From Alphaproteobacteria bacterium (GTDB lineage Bacteria > Pseudomonadota > Alphaproteobacteria > UBA828): a stretch of 64,000 bases of DNA. The stretch is from positions 1,408,001 through 1,472,000 of the forward strand of contig CBDEFM010000002.1 of the NCBI GenBank assembly GCA_965237415.1. Reading direction: 5' to 3'. The notes below the pieces were generated by a model that saw only the letters and a list, made by a program, of their open reading frames with translations, was not told the origin of the DNA and searched no databases. The position numbers were made by a program, and so were the translations under genes. Shown piece by piece: positions 20,050 through 31,862 of this stretch. Within the stretch, counting starts at the first letter, position 1. Every line of letters starts with the position of its first letter.

Positions 20050-21019
20050 GCGCGGCTGGCTCTTCTCCGCCATCCTCCACGTCGGCGTGATCGTCGCCGT
20101 GGTGCTGGGCTTGCCGGAAATGTTCGAAAGCGACGCGCTCGACCCCAGCGACCGGCCGATCGTAGTCAGCCTGGTCGAGATCGCCGATGAGGCGAGCGCG
20201 CCTGCGGCCACGCCCGAGCCTGAACCGGTTGTCGAGCCCGAGCCGGAGCCCATCGCCGAGCCGGAACCGGAACCCGAGCCCGAGCCGGAGCCGGAGGTCA
20301 TCGCCGCACCGGAGCCGGAGCCGGCCCCCGAACCGGAGCCGATTCCCGAGCCGGAGATCGTCGCCGCGTTGGACCCCGAGCCCGTCATCGAACCGGAGCC
20401 CGCGCCGGAGCCGGAGCCGCCTCCCCCGCCCGAGCCGGTGGCGGAGCCGGAACCCGAGCCGGCCCCGAAAGCGCCCGAAGCCGAGCCCGAACCTGCACCC
20501 GAGCCGGAGGCGCCGCCGCCGGTGCCGCTGGCCAAGCCGCCTCCGAAGAAGCCGAGCTTCGACAAGCTGCTGAAGGACCTCGCCCAAGAAGAGACCCCGG
20601 AGCCGCCCCAGGCGACACCGCCGGACGAAGAAGAGTCTTTCGAGGACCTGCTGGCCAGCATCGCAGGCGCCGAGGAGGAGCCGCCCACCGAGGCCGCAAC
20701 GCGCGTGCCTCTGACAGGCCCCCTGCGGCAGACCATCACCGACGCCATCAAGCGGAAGGTCGAGAGGAACTGGAGCGTTCCGGCCGGTGTTCTCGATGCC
20801 GACGAGTTGGTGGTGACGCTCAGGATCCAACTGGCGCCGGACGGTTCCGTTAGACGGGTCGAAATCGTTGACGCCGGCAGCGGCGCCAACTACCGGACCA
20901 TGGCCGAAAGCGGACGCCGCGCCGTGCTGACGGCCAGCCCCTTCGATGCCTTGACGCGCTACGTCGACAAGTATGAAGGTTGGCGCGATATCACAATGAC
21001 GTTCAGTCCGCCGGTGTAA
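20042..21019 (+). CDS. tolA: TolA-like energy transducer with Pro-Glu-rich spacer
   Basis: N-terminal TM with SxxxH (SAILH), long EP repeat, TonB/TolA C-terminal domain; position between tolR and tolB. Confidence 0.85.
   Translation: MSKRGWLFSAILHVGVIVAVVLGLPEMFESDALDPSDRPIVVSLVEIADEASAPAATPEPEPVVEPEPEPIAEPEPEPEPEPEPEVIAAPEPEPAPEPEPIPEPEIVAALDPEPVIEPEPAPEPEPPPPPEPVAEPEPEPAPKAPEAEPEPAPEPEAPPPVPLAKPPPKKPSFDKLLKDLAQEETPEPPQATPPDEEESFEDLLASIAGAEEEPPTEAATRVPLTGPLRQTITDAIKRKVERNWSVPAGVLDADELVVTLRIQLAPDGSVRRVEIVDAGSGANYRTMAESGRRAVLTASPFDALTRYVDKYEGWRDITMTFSPPV
20213..20510 (+). repeat. Coding low-complexity hexamer repeat (CCGGAG/CCCGAG) encoding (EP)n
   Basis: Degenerate tandem GAGCCG units within tolA. 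Confidence 0.8.
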
Positions 21020-21071
21020 GGTGTGAACCGCGCTTGGACCCGATCAAATTAGAGGAAGCGATGGTGCCACG

Positions 21072-22436
21072 ATGAGACGATTGCTGACACTGAGTGGACA
21101 CGTTACGCGCAAGGCTCCCTTCGCCCTGCCCCTCCCGGCCGCCATCGTCCTCTTCCTGGCGATCCTCTTGGCCGCCGCCGGCGCCAGGGCCGAGCTCCGC
21201 GTGGATATCACGCGCGGCCACGTGGAGCCTCTCCCCATCGCGCTCATCGATCTCGCTGGCGCGAATGAGGCGGACGCCACGCTCGGCCGCCAGATCACCG
21301 GGGTGATTACTCGCAATCTGGAGCGCTCGGGCCTGTTCCGCCCCATCGATTCCGCCGCCTTCATCATCGAACCCGGCGGCATGACGGTGCGGCCGCGCTT
21401 CCAAGACTGGCGCATCATCAATGCGCAGGCGCTGGTCACCGGCCGCGTTGTGCCCGGCGACCCGGGCCGGCTCGTGGTCGAGTTTCGCCTTTGGGACGTG
21501 TTCGCCGAGCAGGATCTGGTGGGCCTGAAGTTGAGCGGCGCGAGAGAGGCGTGGCGCTCGATCGCCCACACCATGTCCGACAAGATCTACGAGCGGCTGA
21601 CCGGAGAGAGCGGGTATTTCCACACCCGGATCGTCTATATCGCCGAGACCGGGCCGCCTGATTTGCGAATCAAACGGCTCGCGATCATGGACCAGGACGG
21701 CCACAACCTGCGCTACCTGTCGGACGGCAGGCACCTGGTGCTCACGCCGCGTTTTTCGCCGACAGCTCAAGAGATTACCTATCTCTCTTACGAGCGCGGC
21801 GTGCCCAGGGTCTACCTGCGCCATATCGACACCGGCCAACAGGAGCTGCTCGGAGACTTTCCCGGCATGACCTTCGCGCCACGCTTCTCGCCGGACGGCA
21901 ATCAGGTGGCTATGACGCTGGCGCAGAGGGGCAATTCGGACATCTACGAGATGGATCTGCGCTCGCGCCAAGTCAGGCAGCTCACCAACAACCCGGCAAT
22001 CGAGACGGCGCCCTGCTACTCTCCGGACGGCGCCTTCATCGCCTTCGAATCCGACCGGGGCGGCAGCCAGCAGATTTATGTCATGCGCCGCGACGGGAGC
22101 GATGTGCACCGCATCACATTCGGCAAGGGTCGCTACGGAACCCCGGTATGGTCTCCGCGCGGCGACCTGATCGCCTTCACCAACAGCTATCGTGGCCAGT
22201 TTTCCATCGGCGTCATGAGGCCCGACGGGAGCGGCGAGCGAATTCTGGCGCAAGACTACTTGGTCGAAGGGCCGACCTGGGCGCCGAACGGACGCGTGAT
22301 CATGTTCTTCCGGTCGAGTTCGCGAGATCCCGACAGCGCCGAATTAGTCTCCATCGATCTGACAGGGCGCAACGAGCGCATCCTGTTCACGAGCACGGCG
22401 GCGTCCGATCCGGCCTGGTCGCCGTTGATCCAGTAA
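21072..22436 (+). CDS. tolB: Tol-Pal beta-propeller protein TolB
   Basis: LAIMDQDG, repeated P.FSPDG / P.WSP units, ASDPAWSP C-terminus. Confidence 0.95.
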   Translation: MRRLLTLSGHVTRKAPFALPLPAAIVLFLAILLAAAGARAELRVDITRGHVEPLPIALIDLAGANEADATLGRQITGVITRNLERSGLFRPIDSAAFIIEPGGMTVRPRFQDWRIINAQALVTGRVVPGDPGRLVVEFRLWDVFAEQDLVGLKLSGAREAWRSIAHTMSDKIYERLTGESGYFHTRIVYIAETGPPDLRIKRLAIMDQDGHNLRYLSDGRHLVLTPRFSPTAQEITYLSYERGVPRVYLRHIDTGQQELLGDFPGMTFAPRFSPDGNQVAMTLAQRGNSDIYEMDLRSRQVRQLTNNPAIETAPCYSPDGAFIAFESDRGGSQQIYVMRRDGSDVHRITFGKGRYGTPVWSPRGDLIAFTNSYRGQFSIGVMRPDGSGERILAQDYLVEGPTWAPNGRVIMFFRSSSRDPDSAELVSIDLTGRNERILFTSTAASDPAWSPLIQ

Positions 22437-22620
22437 TGACGCAAAGCTATAGTCGCACGGCCAGCCGACGAAACCGCCGTCTCGGCGGCGGCTCAGCTTC
22501 ACGGCACGCAAGAACGCGCCGCGCCGTGCTTTGGCGCTTGACGATCGGTGGAATGTTTGCCGGTCATGGGCGGGATTCCGACGGTCCCGTCACCACTCAC
22601 TGATGAAGGGGAGCGTGTTA

Positions 22621-23172
22621 ATGCGACTGAGACTGATCTTGCCGTTGGTGATAGCGCTCGGCGTGGCGGCCTGCGAAAGCACGCCCCAGGACACCGGATC
22701 CAGCAGCGGCGCAGGAGTCGACGAGACGATTTCATCGGGCACGGATGTGACCTCCACCGACGTCATGATCGAGGAGGAGACAACCGTGGCAGCCCTCGAC
22801 CCGAGCCAGCCGCTCCCGGGATCGCAGGAGGAGCTGGTTCAGAACGTCGGCGACCGCGCCTTCTTCGAGTTTGACAGTTCGGTCCTCAGCGCAGAGGCGC
22901 GCCGGACGCTGGACCGGCAGGCCGAATGGCTAAGGCTGTTCCCCGAGATCGCGCTGGTCCTCGAGGGCCATGCCGACGAACGCGGCACGCGCGAATACAA
23001 CCTCGCGCTTGGCGAGCGCCGCGCTAACGCCGTCCGCGAATACCTGATCACTCAAGGCATCGCACCATCGCGGCTGAGAACGATCTCGTACGGTAAGGAG
23101 CGCCCTTACGCGCTCGGTCATAACGAAGAAGCGTGGGCGCTCAACCGGCGCTCCGTCTCCGTCATCGACTAG
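22621..23172 (+). CDS. pal: Peptidoglycan-associated lipoprotein Pal
   Basis: Lipobox VAAC, EGHADERGTREYNLALGERRA, SYGKERP; RBS AGGGGAG before ATG 22621. Confidence 0.95.
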   Translation: MRLRLILPLVIALGVAACESTPQDTGSSSGAGVDETISSGTDVTSTDVMIEEETTVAALDPSQPLPGSQEELVQNVGDRAFFEFDSSVLSAEARRTLDRQAEWLRLFPEIALVLEGHADERGTREYNLALGERRANAVREYLITQGIAPSRLRTISYGKERPYALGHNEEAWALNRRSVSVID

Positions 23173-23195
23173 CAGGGCGAGGAACCCGAAAAGCG

Positions 23196-24233
23196 ATGCG
23201 CGGCGGAGCATCCGCCCCGCGGAAGGGCAGCGTTCACCGTAAGCGGCGGTGGACGGCGGCGGTGCCGGCGTCCGCGCTGGCGGTGCTCGTGGCAGCGGCG
23301 GTCCTGCTGACGGCAACCGCTGTCGGCGCCCAGACCGGCGTGGATCTCAGGCCCCAGATTCGTAACCTGACCAATCAGATCGCGAGCCTTCGCGATCAGC
23401 TCGCCGACTTGGAGCGGGTGGTCCATGCCGGCGCCGCGCCGCGTGGTGCGGCAGCCGACGCGGGTTCGGACGCTGGAGCTTCTGAGCGAAACAGCCAGCG
23501 CTTGGCGGAACTCGAGACTGACATCGACGAAGCCAGAGAATGGCGACGGCGAGTCACCGGCCGTTTCGAGGAGTTCGACAACATTCTCCGCCGGCTCGAA
23601 GGGCGTATCGAACGGCTGGTCGCCGATGTGGACTTCAGGCTCTCCGCCCTCGAGCAAGGGCGAACCACCCCCCCGGGCGGCTCAGCTGCCGCTGCCGCCG
23701 GTGAGGTGCCCCTGGTGGCACCTTCGGACCAGCGCCAGGCCGGCATCGCAGATCGACAGGGCGATGTCTACGAGCCTTCCACCGCGCCTCGCTCCCTCGG
23801 CACCATACCGGCGGATGAGCCGGGCGATGGGGTGCCGCTCGCGGCGCTGACGCCCGAGGAGCAGTACAAGACGGCGTTCGGCCTGCTCGAAGAGGCGCGG
23901 CACGAAGAGGCGCACGACGTGTTCTCACGCTTCATCGACGCGAACCCCGAGCACGAGCTCGCGCAGAACGCCGCCTATTGGCGCGCAGAGAGCCTTTACG
24001 CCAGGCAGATGTATCCCGAGGCTGCGAAATCCTACGCGCTCAACCTTCGGCAGTACCCGGACGGCCGCAAGGCGCCGGACAACATGGTCAAACTCGGCAT
24101 GGCGCTGCTCAAGCTCAGGCGCACCGAGGAGGCGTGCCGGACTTTCGCACAGCTCGATCGAAACTTTCCCGACCCGCCGCTCAACATCCGCCGGGCGGCG
24201 CAACAGGGGCAGCGCCAAGCGAACTGCCCCTGA
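23196..24233 (+). CDS. cpoB: Cell division coordinator CpoB/YbgF
   Basis: Signal-like N-terminus, coiled coil, TPR region NAAYW.AES.Y, KAPDNMVKLG; follows pal; start approximate. Confidence 0.88.
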   Translation: MRGGASAPRKGSVHRKRRWTAAVPASALAVLVAAAVLLTATAVGAQTGVDLRPQIRNLTNQIASLRDQLADLERVVHAGAAPRGAAADAGSDAGASERNSQRLAELETDIDEAREWRRRVTGRFEEFDNILRRLEGRIERLVADVDFRLSALEQGRTTPPGGSAAAAAGEVPLVAPSDQRQAGIADRQGDVYEPSTAPRSLGTIPADEPGDGVPLAALTPEEQYKTAFGLLEEARHEEAHDVFSRFIDANPEHELAQNAAYWRAESLYARQMYPEAAKSYALNLRQYPDGRKAPDNMVKLGMALLKLRRTEEACRTFAQLDRNFPDPPLNIRRAAQQGQRQANCP

Positions 24234-24256
24234 GCGCAACCGGGGTCTTTCCGCGC

Positions 24257-25720
24257 GTGGCCGCACCCCGCATCGTCTCACCCACGACCGCCGATCCTGG
24301 CGCGGCGCCCATCGACGCGAACGCCTTCGAGGCGCTCATGGCGCCGCTTGGCCCATTCGAACCCGCGCCGCGCGTTGCCGTGGCGGTTTCCGGCGGCTCG
24401 GACAGCCTTGCACTATGCCTGCTCGCCGATCGCTGGGCGCGGGCGCAGGGCGGCACGGTCTTCGGGCTCACCGTCGACCACCGTTTGCGCGCTGAATCGG
24501 GGGCCGAAGCCGCCCAGGTGCGGCGCTGGCTCGCCGCCCGGGCCATGTCCCACCGAACTCTGCGCTGGACGGGCATCCGCCCTGTCTCCGGGATTCAGGA
24601 GGAAGCGCGGGCTGCGCGACTCGCGCTGCTTGGCGGCTGGTGCCGGCAGGCTCACGTCCTCCACCTGTTGCTGGGACACCAGCGGGAGGATCAGGCCGAG
24701 ACCGCGCTTCAACGACTCGTTCACGGAAGCGGCATTGACGGGCTTGCCGCCATGGCGCCGGTTCGCCTCGCGATGGAACCCGACGGCGGCGGCGTGCGTC
24801 TGTTGCGCCCTCTCCTTTCCGTGTCCCGGGACGCGCTGACCGCGACCCTGGCCCTTTGGGACCAACCCTGGATTGACGACCCGACCAACCGCGACATGCG
24901 CTATGCCCGCCCGCGGCTGGCAGCAGCGCTGGCGGAGCTCGGGCCGGAAGGGCTGAGCGCCGCGCGGCTGGCCAAGGTTGCCGAGCGCGCCGCAGAGGAT
25001 CGCGCCGCGCTGGACGGGCTCTGCTCCGACCTGCTGGCCCGCAGCGCGCACCCCGCGCCCGGCGGCTTTGTGACGCTGGACCGATGCATCTTGCGTCATG
25101 CACCGCCGGCGCTGGCGCTGCGCGCACTGAGCCGCGCCGTCACCACGGTCTCCGGCGCTCCTCATCCTCCGCGGATTGAGCGCCTGGAACGGCTGGCGCA
25201 ACGGCTGCGCGGCGATAACGTTAGGGCGGCAACGCTCGGCGGCTGTCGTGTGGTCCCGCAAAGGGATGGACGACTCGTCGTTTGCAGGGAGCCTGCGGCA
25301 GCCTCGGAGGTCCTTTCGCTCAAGGCGGGCGACAGTGCGCTCTGGGACCGCCGATTCGTCGTCTCACTCGGCTCGTCCGCCGGGTCGGGGCCATTCCTCG
25401 TGCGCCGGCTCGGCACGGACGGTCTGGCTCGGGCCCGCGCGATGGCGCGCGCCGCAGGCACGCCGCTCGGAACCGATTGCATTCCGCCGCCCGCGCGTCC
25501 TGCGTTGCCCGCGCTATTCGACCTTGACGGGCCGCTCGCCGCTCCCCACGTAGACTTCAGGCGAACATCGCACCGGAACGAGGCCGCGGCCGTAGCATTT
25601 GAGGCATCGTTCAGGCCGGCGCGTCCGTTGGCTCCGGGACATCCGGCAACGCTTGGCGTGTTGCCACTGCAGGACAAGACTGTTGACGAACGCGTTGAAG
25701 AGACTATTGATCGCCCGTGA
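24257..25720 (+). CDS. tilS: tRNA(Ile)-lysidine synthase
   Basis: AVSGGSDSLAL PP-loop, VDHRLR, HQREDQAET, RPLL, WIDDPTN; start uncertain (24230-24338). Confidence 0.92.
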   Translation: MAAPRIVSPTTADPGAAPIDANAFEALMAPLGPFEPAPRVAVAVSGGSDSLALCLLADRWARAQGGTVFGLTVDHRLRAESGAEAAQVRRWLAARAMSHRTLRWTGIRPVSGIQEEARAARLALLGGWCRQAHVLHLLLGHQREDQAETALQRLVHGSGIDGLAAMAPVRLAMEPDGGGVRLLRPLLSVSRDALTATLALWDQPWIDDPTNRDMRYARPRLAAALAELGPEGLSAARLAKVAERAAEDRAALDGLCSDLLARSAHPAPGGFVTLDRCILRHAPPALALRALSRAVTTVSGAPHPPRIERLERLAQRLRGDNVRAATLGGCRVVPQRDGRLVVCREPAAASEVLSLKAGDSALWDRRFVVSLGSSAGSGPFLVRRLGTDGLARARAMARAAGTPLGTDCIPPPARPALPALFDLDGPLAAPHVDFRRTSHRNEAAAVAFEASFRPARPLAPGHPATLGVLPLQDKTVDERVEETIDRP

Positions 25721-25842
25721 GATGATTGTCGTGTACACTGCAACAGGCGCACGAGCGGGCAGGGTGCGTGGGTCGGTCGTGAGCACGCAATTGGCGTCGG
25801 CGCAGATCGGGCGCGAACGCAGGAACAACCGGAGGCCGAACC

Positions 25843-27771
25843 GTGGGTAGCTTCGGCAAGAATCTGGCGCTTTGGATCATCATCGGCCTGGTCCTGGTCG
25901 CGCTGTTCCAAGTCTTTCAGGGGTCGTCGTCGCGGCAGACCTCTACCGATCTCGCGTTCTCGCAGTTCCTGGCCGAGGTCGAAGGCGGCCAAGTTCAGGA
26001 TGTGACGATCCAGGGCAACACGATCACCGGCCACTACACCAACGGCACCGCCTTCAACACCTACGCGCCTTACGACCCCGAACTGGTCAAGACACTCCGC
26101 ACCCACGACGTGCAGATTGCCGCCGTTCCAATCGACGAGGGCGGCCTCAGCATCGTCGGCATCCTGATTTCTTGGTTCCCGCTGCTCCTCTTCATCGGCG
26201 TCTGGATCTTCATGATGCGCCAGATGCAGTCGGGCGGCGGCAAGGCAATGGGCTTCGGCAAGTCGCGCGCGCGCCTGCTGACGGAGCGCCAGGGCCGGGT
26301 GACCTTCGACGACGTGGCCGGCATCGACGAGGCCAAGCAAGAACTCGAAGAGATCGTCGAGTACCTGCGTGATCCGCAAAAGTTCCAGCGGCTCGGCGGC
26401 AGGATCCCGAAGGGTGTGCTGCTGCTCGGCCCGCCCGGTACCGGCAAGACGCTGCTCGCGCGCGCCATCGCGGGCGAAGCCAACGTACCCTTCTTCACCA
26501 TCTCCGGCTCCGATTTCGTGGAGATGTTCGTGGGCGTCGGCGCGAGCCGCGTGCGCGACATGTTCGAGCAGGGCAAGAAGAACGCGCCGTGCCTGATCTT
26601 CATCGACGAGATTGACGCGGTTGGCCGGCACCGGGGTGCCGGGCTCGGCGGCGGCAATGACGAGCGCGAGCAGACCCTCAATCAGCTCCTCGTCGAGATG
26701 GACGGATTCGAGGCCAATGAAGGCGTGATCCTGATCTCGGCGACCAACCGGCCGGATGTGCTGGATCCGGCCCTGCTCAGGCCGGGCCGCTTCGACCGCC
26801 AGGTCGTGGTGCCGAATCCGGACGTGCTCGGGCGCGAGAAGATCCTCAAGGTGCACATGCGCAAGGTGCCGCTCGCACCGGACGTGAAGCCCCGCACGAT
26901 CGCGCGCGGCACGCCCGGCTTCTCGGGCGCGGACCTCGCCAATTTGGTCAATGAGGCGGCGTTGCTCGCGGCACGGCGCGGTAAGCGCGTCGTGACGATG
27001 GTCGAGTTCGAAGACGCCAAGGACAAGGTCATGATGGGGGCCGAGCGACGCTCCATGGTGATGACCGACGAGGAGAAGCGGCTCACCGCTTATCATGAGG
27101 GCGGCCACGCGGTGGTGGCGGCTCACCTCGAAGCCTCCGACCCGATCCACAAGGCCACGATCATCCCGCGCGGCCGCGCGCTCGGTATGGTCGTCCGGCT
27201 GCCGGAGGGCGATCGCATCTCGGTCAGCCGCGAGAAGCTGGAAGCCGACATCACCGTCGCCATGGGCGGGCGCATCGCCGAGGAGATGGTCTTCGGTTAC
27301 GAGAAGGTGACCAGCGGGGCGTCGTCCGATCTCAAGATGGCGACCCAGATCGCGCGCAGCATGGTGACCCAGTTCGGCATGTCCGACGAGCTCGGGCCCC
27401 TCAGCTACACCGAGAACGAGCAGGAAGTCTTCCTCGGCCACTCGATCACGCAGCAGAAGAACGTCTCCGAGCAGACCGCACACAGGATCGACCTCGAAGT
27501 GCGCAAGATCGTCGACAAGGCCTACGGCCGGGCCCGGGCAATTCTCTCCGACAACCTGGAGTCGCTGCATCTGATCGCGACCGCACTGCTCGAATACGAG
27601 TCGCTCAACGGCGAGGAAATCACGGCAATCCTCAAGGGCGAATCGATCGTGCGGGCGGACGACGACGAGCCGGTGGTCACGCAGGGGCGGCGCGGGACGG
27701 TGCCCTCCTCCAGCCGGCGCAAGGGCAAGACACCGCCCGATCTTGAGCCCCATCCGCAGCCGGGCTCCTAG
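25843..27771 (+). CDS. ftsH: ATP-dependent zinc metalloprotease FtsH
   Basis: Two TMs, [26 protein letters not shown] zinc motif. Confidence 0.98.
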   Translation: MGSFGKNLALWIIIGLVLVALFQVFQGSSSRQTSTDLAFSQFLAEVEGGQVQDVTIQGNTITGHYTNGTAFNTYAPYDPELVKTLRTHDVQIAAVPIDEGGLSIVGILISWFPLLLFIGVWIFMMRQMQSGGGKAMGFGKSRARLLTERQGRVTFDDVAGIDEAKQELEEIVEYLRDPQKFQRLGGRIPKGVLLLGPPGTGKTLLARAIAGEANVPFFTISGSDFVEMFVGVGASRVRDMFEQGKKNAPCLIFIDEIDAVGRHRGAGLGGGNDEREQTLNQLLVEMDGFEANEGVILISATNRPDVLDPALLRPGRFDRQVVVPNPDVLGREKILKVHMRKVPLAPDVKPRTIARGTPGFSGADLANLVNEAALLAARRGKRVVTMVEFEDAKDKVMMGAERRSMVMTDEEKRLTAYHEGGHAVVAAHLEASDPIHKATIIPRGRALGMVVRLPEGDRISVSREKLEADITVAMGGRIAEEMVFGYEKVTSGASSDLKMATQIARSMVTQFGMSDELGPLSYTENEQEVFLGHSITQQKNVSEQTAHRIDLEVRKIVDKAYGRARAILSDNLESLHLIATALLEYESLNGEEITAILKGESIVRADDDEPVVTQGRRGTVPSSSRRKGKTPPDLEPHPQPGS

Positions 27772-27787
27772 CGGCACCTGAGCCGCC

Positions 27788-28903
27788 ATGCCGGCGGTAC
27801 CTCTGACACGACCGGCGGCCGAAGACGCCGAAGGTGCCCCGCCGGAGCCCCTTGCCGACGGCGTCTATCTCAGGCCCTGCAATCCAATCCCCGGTGCCGC
27901 ACTCACCTTCGACCTGGTGGACGTGCTGTTCCGCGGCATGCCGGCACGCCGGCGCGTGCAGCTGCAGCACGCCGTGCTCCTCCGCTGGGCCGAGAAGAAC
28001 GCGCCGGGCGCGGCCGACGAAATCGCGGCGCTGAGCGCCCGCTTGAGCGCGCCCCGCGGGCCGGTGTGCGGGCTTGCGCTCGACCGGCCGCGTCTGATGG
28101 GCGTCCTCAACGTGACCCCGGACAGCTTCTCCGACGGCGGCGATTTCGCCGATGAGGACGACGCCGCGGCGCACGGACTTGCCATGGCCGAAGCCGGCGC
28201 CGACATCATCGATGTCGGCGGTGAATCGACCCGGCCCGGCTCGCAGGCGCCGAGCGAGGCGGAGGAGATGCGCCGGGTGGTTCCCGTGATTCGTGCGCTG
28301 GCCGATGACGGGCTTCTGGTCTCGGTCGATACCCGCCGTGCTGCGGTGATGGACGCCGCGCTCGAAGCGGGCGCGCGGATCGTGAACGATATCAGCGCAC
28401 TCTCCCACGATTCGCAGGCGCGCGCGGTCGTTGCCCGGCAGGGCGCGTGGGTCGTCCTGAGCCACATGCAGGGCACGCCGGAGACGATGCAGCATAAGGC
28501 CCGCTACGACGACGCGAGCCTCGACGTGTTCGACGCGCTGGACGTCCAGGTCAATGCAGCCGAAGCGGCAGGAATCTCTCGCAGCCGGATCATCGTCGAC
28601 CCCGGCATCGGCTTCGGCAAGACCGCCCGCCACAATCTCGAAATCCTGCGCGACCTCGCGCTGTTCCACGGGCTCGGCTGCCCATTGCTCGTCGGCGCGT
28701 CGCGCAAGAGCTTCATCGGGCGGCTCAGCGCGGGCGAAGCGCCCAAGGCGCGGCTGGCGGGCTCGCTTGCGGCAGGGCTGCACGCGCTTGGCGAGGGCGC
28801 CCATATGCTGCGGGTGCACGATGTGGCCGAGACGCGCCAGGCGCTCGCGATCTGGCGCGGCATTCGCGATCCGGAAGCATCCACCTTGGAGGTGCGCCGT
28901 TGA
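27788..28903 (+). CDS. folP: Dihydropteroate synthase
   Basis: [44 protein letters not shown]. Confidence 0.95.
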   Translation: MPAVPLTRPAAEDAEGAPPEPLADGVYLRPCNPIPGAALTFDLVDVLFRGMPARRRVQLQHAVLLRWAEKNAPGAADEIAALSARLSAPRGPVCGLALDRPRLMGVLNVTPDSFSDGGDFADEDDAAAHGLAMAEAGADIIDVGGESTRPGSQAPSEAEEMRRVVPVIRALADDGLLVSVDTRRAAVMDAALEAGARIVNDISALSHDSQARAVVARQGAWVVLSHMQGTPETMQHKARYDDASLDVFDALDVQVNAAEAAGISRSRIIVDPGIGFGKTARHNLEILRDLALFHGLGCPLLVGASRKSFIGRLSAGEAPKARLAGSLAAGLHALGEGAHMLRVHDVAETRQALAIWRGIRDPEASTLEVRR

Positions 28904-30309
28904 GCCGCGCGACCGGCGATGGCGCCAGCAAAACGCCGCGCACCCTGTTCGGGACCGACGGCATTCGCGGCGTCGCGAACCAGGAGCCGATGACCGCCGA
29001 AACCGTGATGAAGGTCGGCGCGGCCGCAGGCAGCATCTTCGTGCGCGGCGACCACCGGCACCGCGTCGTCATCGGCAAGGATACGCGGCTGTCTGGCTAC
29101 GTGTTCGAGCCGGCGCTGACGGCGGGCTTCGTCTCGATGGGCATGGACGTGATCCTGGTGGGTCCCATGCCGACGCCGGCGGTGGCGATGCTGACCTGCG
29201 CGCTCCGAGCCGATCTCGGCGTGATGATCTCCGCCTCCCACAACATGTTTGCCGACAACGGCATCAAGCTGTTCGGGCCGGACGGCTACAAGCTCTCAGA
29301 CGAGACTGAGGCGCGAATCGAAGTCGCAGTGGACTCGGGCGTGAACGGACTGGCGGCGCCGGACGCGCTCGGGCGGGCGCGGCGCCTCGACGACGCCGAG
29401 GGCCGCTACATCGAGTTCGTCAAGAACAGCTTTCCGCAGCCGCTCGGGCTCGAGGGGACCCGCATCGTGATCGACTGCGCTCACGGCGCCGCCTACAAGG
29501 TGGCACCCACGGTGCTGTGGGAACTCGGCGCCGAAGTCATCACGATCGGTGCGGAGCCCGATGGGTTCAACATCAACCGAGGCTGCGGCTCGACCGATGT
29601 GGCGGCGCTTGCAGAGACGGTGGTGGAGCGCGGCGCCGATATCGGGATCGCTCTCGACGGCGATGCCGACCGCGTCGTGATCTGCGACGAGAACGGCGCG
29701 GTCATCGACGGCGATCACATCATGGCGCTGATCGCGTCCAGCTGGGCCGCCACGGGGCGGCTCAAGGGCGGCGGCGTGGTCGCGACCGTCATGTCCAATC
29801 TCGGCCTGGAACGTTATCTCGATGGGATCGGCCTCGCCCTGGAGCGCACCCGGGTCGGCGACCGCTACGTCGTCGAGCATATGCGGAAGCACGGGTTCAA
29901 CCTGGGTGGCGAGCAATCGGGCCACATCGTCATGAGCGACTACGCGACGACCGGCGACGGCCTGATCGCCGCACTCCAGACCATGGCGGCGCTCGCGGCG
30001 ACGGGGCGCCGGGCGAGCGACGTGACCGGCTTGTTCGACCCCCTGCCCCAAGTGCTCCGCAACGTCCGTGTGGCGGGCACCGACGCGCTCCAGACCGCCG
30101 GGGCAAAAGCGGCGATTGCCGAAGGCCACGCGCGGCTGGGCGAGCGCGGCCGCCTGGTCATCCGCCGCTCCGGCACCGAGTCGGTGATCCGCGTCATGGC
30201 CGAAGGCGACGATGAGGCCCTGGTCTCGGCGGTGGTCGACGACATCGCGGCGGCGGTCGCGAAGGCGGCCAAAGCAACGAGCGAGCACACTGGCGCCGCA
30301 GCGCCATGA
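28900..30309 (+). CDS. glmM: Phosphoglucosamine mutase
   Basis: [35 protein letters not shown]. Confidence 0.96.
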   Translation: MSRATGDGASKTPRTLFGTDGIRGVANQEPMTAETVMKVGAAAGSIFVRGDHRHRVVIGKDTRLSGYVFEPALTAGFVSMGMDVILVGPMPTPAVAMLTCALRADLGVMISASHNMFADNGIKLFGPDGYKLSDETEARIEVAVDSGVNGLAAPDALGRARRLDDAEGRYIEFVKNSFPQPLGLEGTRIVIDCAHGAAYKVAPTVLWELGAEVITIGAEPDGFNINRGCGSTDVAALAETVVERGADIGIALDGDADRVVICDENGAVIDGDHIMALIASSWAATGRLKGGGVVATVMSNLGLERYLDGIGLALERTRVGDRYVVEHMRKHGFNLGGEQSGHIVMSDYATTGDGLIAALQTMAALAATGRRASDVTGLFDPLPQVLRNVRVAGTDALQTAGAKAAIAEGHARLGERGRLVIRRSGTESVIRVMAEGDDEALVSAVVDDIAAAVAKAAKATSEHTGAAAP

Positions 30310-31106
30310 AGGGCCGCGTGCTCATCGCCGCCGGCTCCGATTCGGGCGGCGGCGCCGGTATCCAGGCCGACATCAAGACCGTAACGGCGCTCGGAGGCTA
30401 TGCCGCGACCGCCGTCACCGCACTCACCGCCCAGGACACGCGCACGGTGCACCGCGTTCATGCCGTGCCGGCGGACTTCGTCGCCGAGCAGATGCGCGTG
30501 GTCCTCGCCGATATCGGTGCCGATTGCATCAAGACCGGCATGATTCACAGCGTGCCGATCATCGAGGCGATTGCCGAGACAGCGGCACGGTATGGCGCAG
30601 GCGTGCCGCTTGTGGTCGATCCCGTCCTCGTGGCCAAGGGCGGGGCTTCGCTGCTGGAACCTTCGGCCATGCGTGCACTCGCAACCAAGCTCATCGGCCA
30701 GGCCGATCTCGTGACCCCCAACGTTCCGGAAGCGGAGCGCTTGACCGGGCTGACCATTTCCACCGTCGACGACATGGCCTGCGCCGCCGAGCAGATTCAC
30801 CGGCTCGGCCCGCCGGCGGTTCTGGTGAAGGGCGGTCACCTGGACTCGGACGAGATCACCGACCTGCTGAGTCATCCCGGGGGAATCGAACGCTTCCACG
30901 CCCCCCGAATCGAGAGCCGTCACACCCACGGCACCGGCTGCACCCTGGCCTCGGCCATCGCCACCGGCATCGCGCAGGGAATGAGCCTTGTCGATGCCGT
31001 GGTGCGGGCGCGGCGGTACCTCAGGGCGGCGATCGAGGCGGCACCCGGCTATGGCGCGGGCCACGGGCCGGTCAATCACGGCGTGACGGTGACGCCCACG
31101 GTGTAG
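30306..31106 (+). CDS. thiD: Hydroxymethylpyrimidine/phosphomethylpyrimidine kinase
   Basis: [49 protein letters not shown]. Confidence 0.95.
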   Translation: MKGRVLIAAGSDSGGGAGIQADIKTVTALGGYAATAVTALTAQDTRTVHRVHAVPADFVAEQMRVVLADIGADCIKTGMIHSVPIIEAIAETAARYGAGVPLVVDPVLVAKGGASLLEPSAMRALATKLIGQADLVTPNVPEAERLTGLTISTVDDMACAAEQIHRLGPPAVLVKGGHLDSDEITDLLSHPGGIERFHAPRIESRHTHGTGCTLASAIATGIAQGMSLVDAVVRARRYLRAAIEAAPGYGAGHGPVNHGVTVTPTV

Positions 31107-31185
31107 GCGCGGCATTCGCCGGCAACGAGTATTCCGCTCGCCGGCCCGCCGTTGTCGTTCGACGCGATGCCGCGTGCGGTAGCGA

Positions 31186-31443
31186 TCACGTGGTGCCGTG
31201 CTTCTGAATCCAATCGCGAAGCGCCTCGTCGATTCGCGTCTGCCATCCTCGGCCGCCCGCCCTGAAGTGATCGATGACATCCGGTGAGAGACGGATTGTG
31301 GTTGATACCTTCGGCTTGGCCACCGGCGGCCGACCCCGGCGAACCGTCGCCTTGGCGAACTTCTCGGGCCAACCCTCCCCGGAAAGGTCCGGCGCGTCGT
31401 CGGGGTCAGAATCGCGGGCCGTAGAGTGCTCGTTCTCGTTCAT
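31186..31443 (-). CDS. brnA: BrnA antitoxin
   Basis: DPDDAPDL, RRGRPP, TIRLSPDVIDHFR..G.GWQTRIDEALR. Confidence 0.9.
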   Translation of the reverse strand: MNENEHSTARDSDPDDAPDLSGEGWPEKFAKATVRRGRPPVAKPKVSTTIRLSPDVIDHFRAGGRGWQTRIDEALRDWIQKHGTT

Positions 31444-31675
31444 TGGCTTTCCTCATGCTGATGATCCGGTGCGCGCCATCGCGTGGTGTCCAGACCAGAA
31501 CTACCATCGCGCCGTCGAGGAACCCGATGGTGATGAAGCGATCCTCGCCGTAGCCTCGCCGGTCGTCCTCTACGGTCAGCGTGGCGCCCGCGAACACTTC
31601 CCCGGCCCGTGCCATGTCCAGGCCCCTGGCGCTGAGGGTGGCCGCGCGCTTCGCTGCGTCGAACTCGATCAGCAT
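31406..31675 (-). CDS. brnT: BrnT toxin (DUF497 ribonuclease)
   Basis: EFDAAK, RGLD, D.R..YGE.RFITIG, VWTPR, RIISMRKANERE. Confidence 0.92.
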   Translation of the reverse strand: MLIEFDAAKRAATLSARGLDMARAGEVFAGATLTVEDDRRGYGEDRFITIGFLDGAMVVLVWTPRDGAHRIISMRKANERERALYGPRF

Positions 31676-31680
31676 AATTT

Positions 31681-31692
31681 ATGTTACTACAT
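31681..31692. promoter_or_regulatory. Inverted repeat ATGT-N4-ACAT just upstream of brnT (probable autoregulatory operator)
   Basis: ATGTTACTACAT in an AT-rich patch 5 nt before the brnT ATG; no Shine-Dalgarno visible. Confidence 0.45.
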
Positions 31693-31862
31693 TTATCCAG
31701 CTCGATCCCATAGCCACCCGAGCGCGACGGTGTTCCCGATACGGCACGGGGATCGGCTCGAAAGCGCGCGTGAGGGTCGGTCTCGGGCGTCACGGACGGG
31801 CGCAACTATCGGGTGGCCGGGCGCCAGCACGCCCCATAAGGTGGCGGCTCGGGAGGGCCGCC

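Noticed and set aside
20213-20510. Tandem repeat array or CRISPR-like structure
   Set aside because: Degenerate coding repeats of the TolA Pro-Glu spacer; no constant repeat with unique spacers. No CRISPR array was seen anywhere in the window.
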